Source: a virus
Taxonomy: Duplodnaviria; Caudoviricetes
IMG/VR virus record: IMGVR_UViG_3300027508_000039
Coordinates: 1-27,349 of that record
Reading direction: 5' to 3' (one strand)
Length of the DNA: 27,349 bases
Part shown: one piece after another, positions 24,918 to 27,349 of the stretch
Layout: every line of letters begins with the position of its first letter
How positions within the stretch are numbered: the first letter of the stretch is position 1
Made by a program: the position numbers and the translations under genes
The notes under the pieces: generated by a model
The model's database searches: none
What the model was told of the DNA's origin: nothing
The model's input: only the letters and a program-made list of their open reading frames with translations

Positions 24918-26381
24918 TTAACCTGTTATGACAACAGTGTATGCACCGTTGTCTGGGGCAACCGAGAAACTCAGGGTTACTGCATTAACATTGGTTCTTA
25001 CAACATCACAGATCACCGTATCGTATGTTGCAGAATCAAAAACTTGAACAGACACATTTCGTGTGTTGAAGTTGTGTGTAACAACGATTGATGTTAATGA
25101 GTTATTACCAATGACCTGTGATGTGACGCGGGAAAGAGTAGGGGTTGTGGAAGTACGGGTTCCTGTGTCTCCGCCTACCGCAAGATTCTCGCGAGCGCCA
25201 GATTCGGTTGTAGCACCAGTACCACCCTGATCAACAGGGAGTGTTCCCGTGGTGTCATCGGATCCTTGTGCAAGGTCAATTACATTTCGGCTTAGAACAC
25301 CTGCCGTGTATGTGAGACCATCACCAGCAATGTCTGACTTGATTTTGAGACCATCGGAGGTAGTGGCAAGACCAGCAATCGCTGCGTCAAGTTTAATACC
25401 TACAGCATCTGAGGTGATTGCAAGACCAGTGCTACCACCAATGGTTACAGAAAGGACACCTGCGTCGTAACCAAGACCGTCACCAGCGGCATCTGATTTG
25501 ATGCGCAAAGCGTCAGAATGGATCTCAATACCAACACCTGTATTGACATTAAGAACATCGCCAGTTTTTGAAAGACCGTCACCTGCAAGGATGTTTCCCG
25601 CTACCGAGAAAAGTGAGAACGCGAGACCAGTTGTTCCAACGGTAATGTCGCCATCAGTGATGAGAACCCAACCGCTGTCTGCGTTCGTTGTTCCATTTTC
25701 AACGAAGGTGAACATGCCCGGTGTGACTTCAGCATTGTTGTCTGCGTCAGTTGCTCGTGAAGCAGAACCAGAAACAGAAGCAATGTAGATACCGTTTTCT
25801 GAAGCGGTACTTTGGTTCTTGACAAGAACACGGTCACCAGCGACAAGCGTATATCCGTCAATAACATCGCCAGCCTCAAGACCTGAAGCAATGGTGATCG
25901 CTGCGGTGGTCGCAACCTTTACGGACGCCTTAACATCAAGACCCGTGCGAGCCGCGTCAACATATCCCTTGTTGGCAACATCAAGATCAGCAGAAGGCGT
26001 TGCGGCTTTAAAACGACCGTTTGCGTCGCGCAAAACAAGAGTGTTAGCAGTTTCTGTTGCTGTTGATGCATCAAGTTTTGCTTTATCAGAAGCCGACATA
26101 ACACCGTCATTGGACGATGTCGCAAGATTCGGCTGAATCGTTACAGCACCATTGGCTTCAGAGATTGTTAGCGCTTCGGACTGATCACCAGTGCTGGTAA
26201 TGCCGTGAAGCATCTTGCGCCATGCAGAACCCGTATAAACCTTGATGGTTTTTTCGGTACTGTTATAAATTAAACGACCTTCAAAGTTGTCGCTTGAAGG
26301 ATCGGACGCTAGAACCTCAAATTTACCGTTAATTAACTGATTTTGATTGAGATTTAAATTTGTTACGAATTTTTGTGCCAT
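24918..26381 (-). CDS. Phage fibre/decoration protein
   Basis: ANKGYVD; GLDVKASVKVATT...IDGYTLVAGDRVLVKNQ...ENGIY...RATDAD; AGDGL beta-spiral-like repeats; C-terminal VTHNFNT domain. Confidence 0.82.
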   Translation of the reverse strand: MAQKFVTNLNLNQNQLINGKFEVLASDPSSDNFEGRLIYNSTEKTIKVYTGSAWRKMLHGITSTGDQSEALTISEANGAVTIQPNLATSSNDGVMSASDKAKLDASTATETANTLVLRDANGRFKAATPSADLDVANKGYVDAARTGLDVKASVKVATTAAITIASGLEAGDVIDGYTLVAGDRVLVKNQSTASENGIYIASVSGSASRATDADNNAEVTPGMFTFVENGTTNADSGWVLITDGDITVGTTGLAFSLFSVAGNILAGDGLSKTGDVLNVNTGVGIEIHSDALRIKSDAAGDGLGYDAGVLSVTIGGSTGLAITSDAVGIKLDAAIAGLATTSDGLKIKSDIAGDGLTYTAGVLSRNVIDLAQGSDDTTGTLPVDQGGTGATTESGARENLAVGGDTGTRTSTTPTLSRVTSQVIGNNSLTSIVVTHNFNTRNVSVQVFDSATYDTVICDVVRTNVNAVTLSFSVAPDNGAYTVVITG

Positions 26382-26393
26382 TTATTTAAATCC

Positions 26394-26741
26394 TCACGTC
26401 AAATAAGCGAAACCAGAAAAAGGGGCTGAAAAAGATACAGTTATACTTGTGTTGCTATTATATACTACATCACCAACTACTACTGTTCCTGCACTATCCA
26501 CGATGGTTACAGACGGTCTTCCGCCCAAGTCATGTGTAATGTTCCATGTAGACGATGCACTACTTTGGGTGTGTATCTGTCTGTCGTTAAGTACCGCGGC
26601 GTCAATAGTTGCCGAAGACAAAGCGGTGAAAAATGGCGTATCCGGCCACCCTGCCTCGGTTTTCGGACCATAAAAATCGCCAGTAAGTACGTCAATATAT
26701 ATATCGCCAACATTGCCGTAGTCTGATGGCTGTGCGGGCAT
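26394..26741 (-). CDS. Small phage structural protein
   Basis: GDIYID...GDFYGPK motif followed by the HTQSSASSTWNITHDLG...SGFAYL domain. Confidence 0.75.
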   Translation of the reverse strand: MPAQPSDYGNVGDIYIDVLTGDFYGPKTEAGWPDTPFFTALSSATIDAAVLNDRQIHTQSSASSTWNITHDLGGRPSVTIVDSAGTVVVGDVVYNSNTSITVSFSAPFSGFAYLT

Positions 26742-26742
26742 A

Positions 26743-26940
26743 TTAAATCTCTATCTCAATCGTCCAAGGCGCACCCTCGCCATAGGAAACATTCGTTCTA
26801 GAACTTGCGGCAACACCCGGAAGAACTACCTGAATAATGTTGGGCTCCTCATTGCCAATATGGACAATGTTCCGTTGATCTTCAATAACAACATTAAAAT
26901 CCGCGTTGCCCATCGTCAACTGTGTGGAAAGATCACTCAT
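26743..26940 (-). CDS. Small hypothetical structural protein (65 aa)
   Basis: ATGA overlap with the upstream gene, GGAGAG/GAGAGG upstream, and 1 nt from the next gene. Confidence 0.6.
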   Translation of the reverse strand: MSDLSTQLTMGNADFNVVIEDQRNIVHIGNEEPNIIQVVLPGVAASSRTNVSYGEGAPWTIEIEI

Positions 26941-27287
26941 CGTGAAACCTCTCTTTCAAGTTTGAACTCTCCTCTAACCACTTTGTGAACCGCACCAGTT
27001 GCAGTTTTAACGATCTCTAGGTCGTAAACACCGCTTTGTGTCAATGAGGCAGTCAAATCGGGGGTTAAAGTCAGTGTTAGCGCCCCAAGAGCGGCGTTGA
27101 TCGTGATTCGCCCATTGGCGGTAGTTAAACTTATAAGCGCAGTGGATGCGTCAACAGTTCGCCTTACTTCCATGCGGGCTGTATAGCCATTCAGAGAAAA
27201 CACCGTTCCGTCGGCTTCTTTGATCTCTATGGTGCGCGTAAAGGTAGACCCTTGGTCGCACACCATGTTGTATTTTCCTGCAAGCAT
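26937..27287 (-). CDS. Baseplate/fibre anchor-like Ig-fold protein (BppU-like)
   Basis: DQGSTF...LNGYTARMEVR...LTLT..LTASL...GVYDLEI pattern, typical of the first gene in phage fibre operons; GAGG RBS. Confidence 0.65.
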   Translation of the reverse strand: MLAGKYNMVCDQGSTFTRTIEIKEADGTVFSLNGYTARMEVRRTVDASTALISLTTANGRITINAALGALTLTLTPDLTASLTQSGVYDLEIVKTATGAVHKVVRGEFKLEREVSR

Positions 27288-27331
27288 TAGCCCTCAATCC
27301 GTGACGCAGCCCAAACTGCTGTCACCTATCA

Positions 27332-27342
27332 AGAATACATCA
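27332..27342 (-). promoter_or_regulatory. Putative -10 promoter of the fibre operon
   Basis: TGATG-TATTCT. The predicted +1 (~27325) coincides with the start of a leader hairpin. Confidence 0.45.
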
Positions 27343-27349
27343 CTTGTAT

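Noticed and set aside
19183-26726. Plus-strand and off-frame ORFs within the fibre operon
   Set aside because: They are shadows of low-complexity Thr/Ala/Gly/Ser-rich genes.
1-27349. Stop-codon reassignment, tRNA genes, or glycosyltransferases for hydroxyproline
   Set aside because: Genes pack tightly under the standard code using TAA, TGA and TAG. No intergenic gap shows a tRNA-like structure, and no glycosyltransferase is recognisable in this window.

Overview
This window looks like part of a large tailed-phage genome, probably infecting freshwater Actinobacteria (inferred from leaderless TANNNT-6nt-start promoters and actinophage-style fibre N-termini). Left (<1-4085, minus strand): a ~1360-aa secreted, membrane-anchored surface protein that the ORF track misses because it runs off the window edge. 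Right (18975-27287, minus strand): a tail/head fibre operon. Between them sit two convergent, mirror-image cassettes. In each, a fibre ending in a '...GDLS' domain is followed by an FN3-like protein carrying a (Pro-Pro-Phe/Tyr-Phe)12 or x17 tract, and then by oxygenase genes. The enclosed ~12 kb holds 11 apparently intact prolyl-hydroxylase-like 2OG-Fe(II) oxygenases, a degenerate TauD-fold protein, a glutathione-peroxidase-fold protein lacking its peroxidatic Cys, a methyltransferase-fold protein, a DUF6065-like protein and small unknowns. The main hypothesis is a phage-encoded post-translational modification system for proline/aromatic-repeat, Cys-rich virion fibre tips. No rRNA, tRNA, CRISPR array or mobile element was seen. 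All family assignments come from motif recognition by eye, not from database searches.
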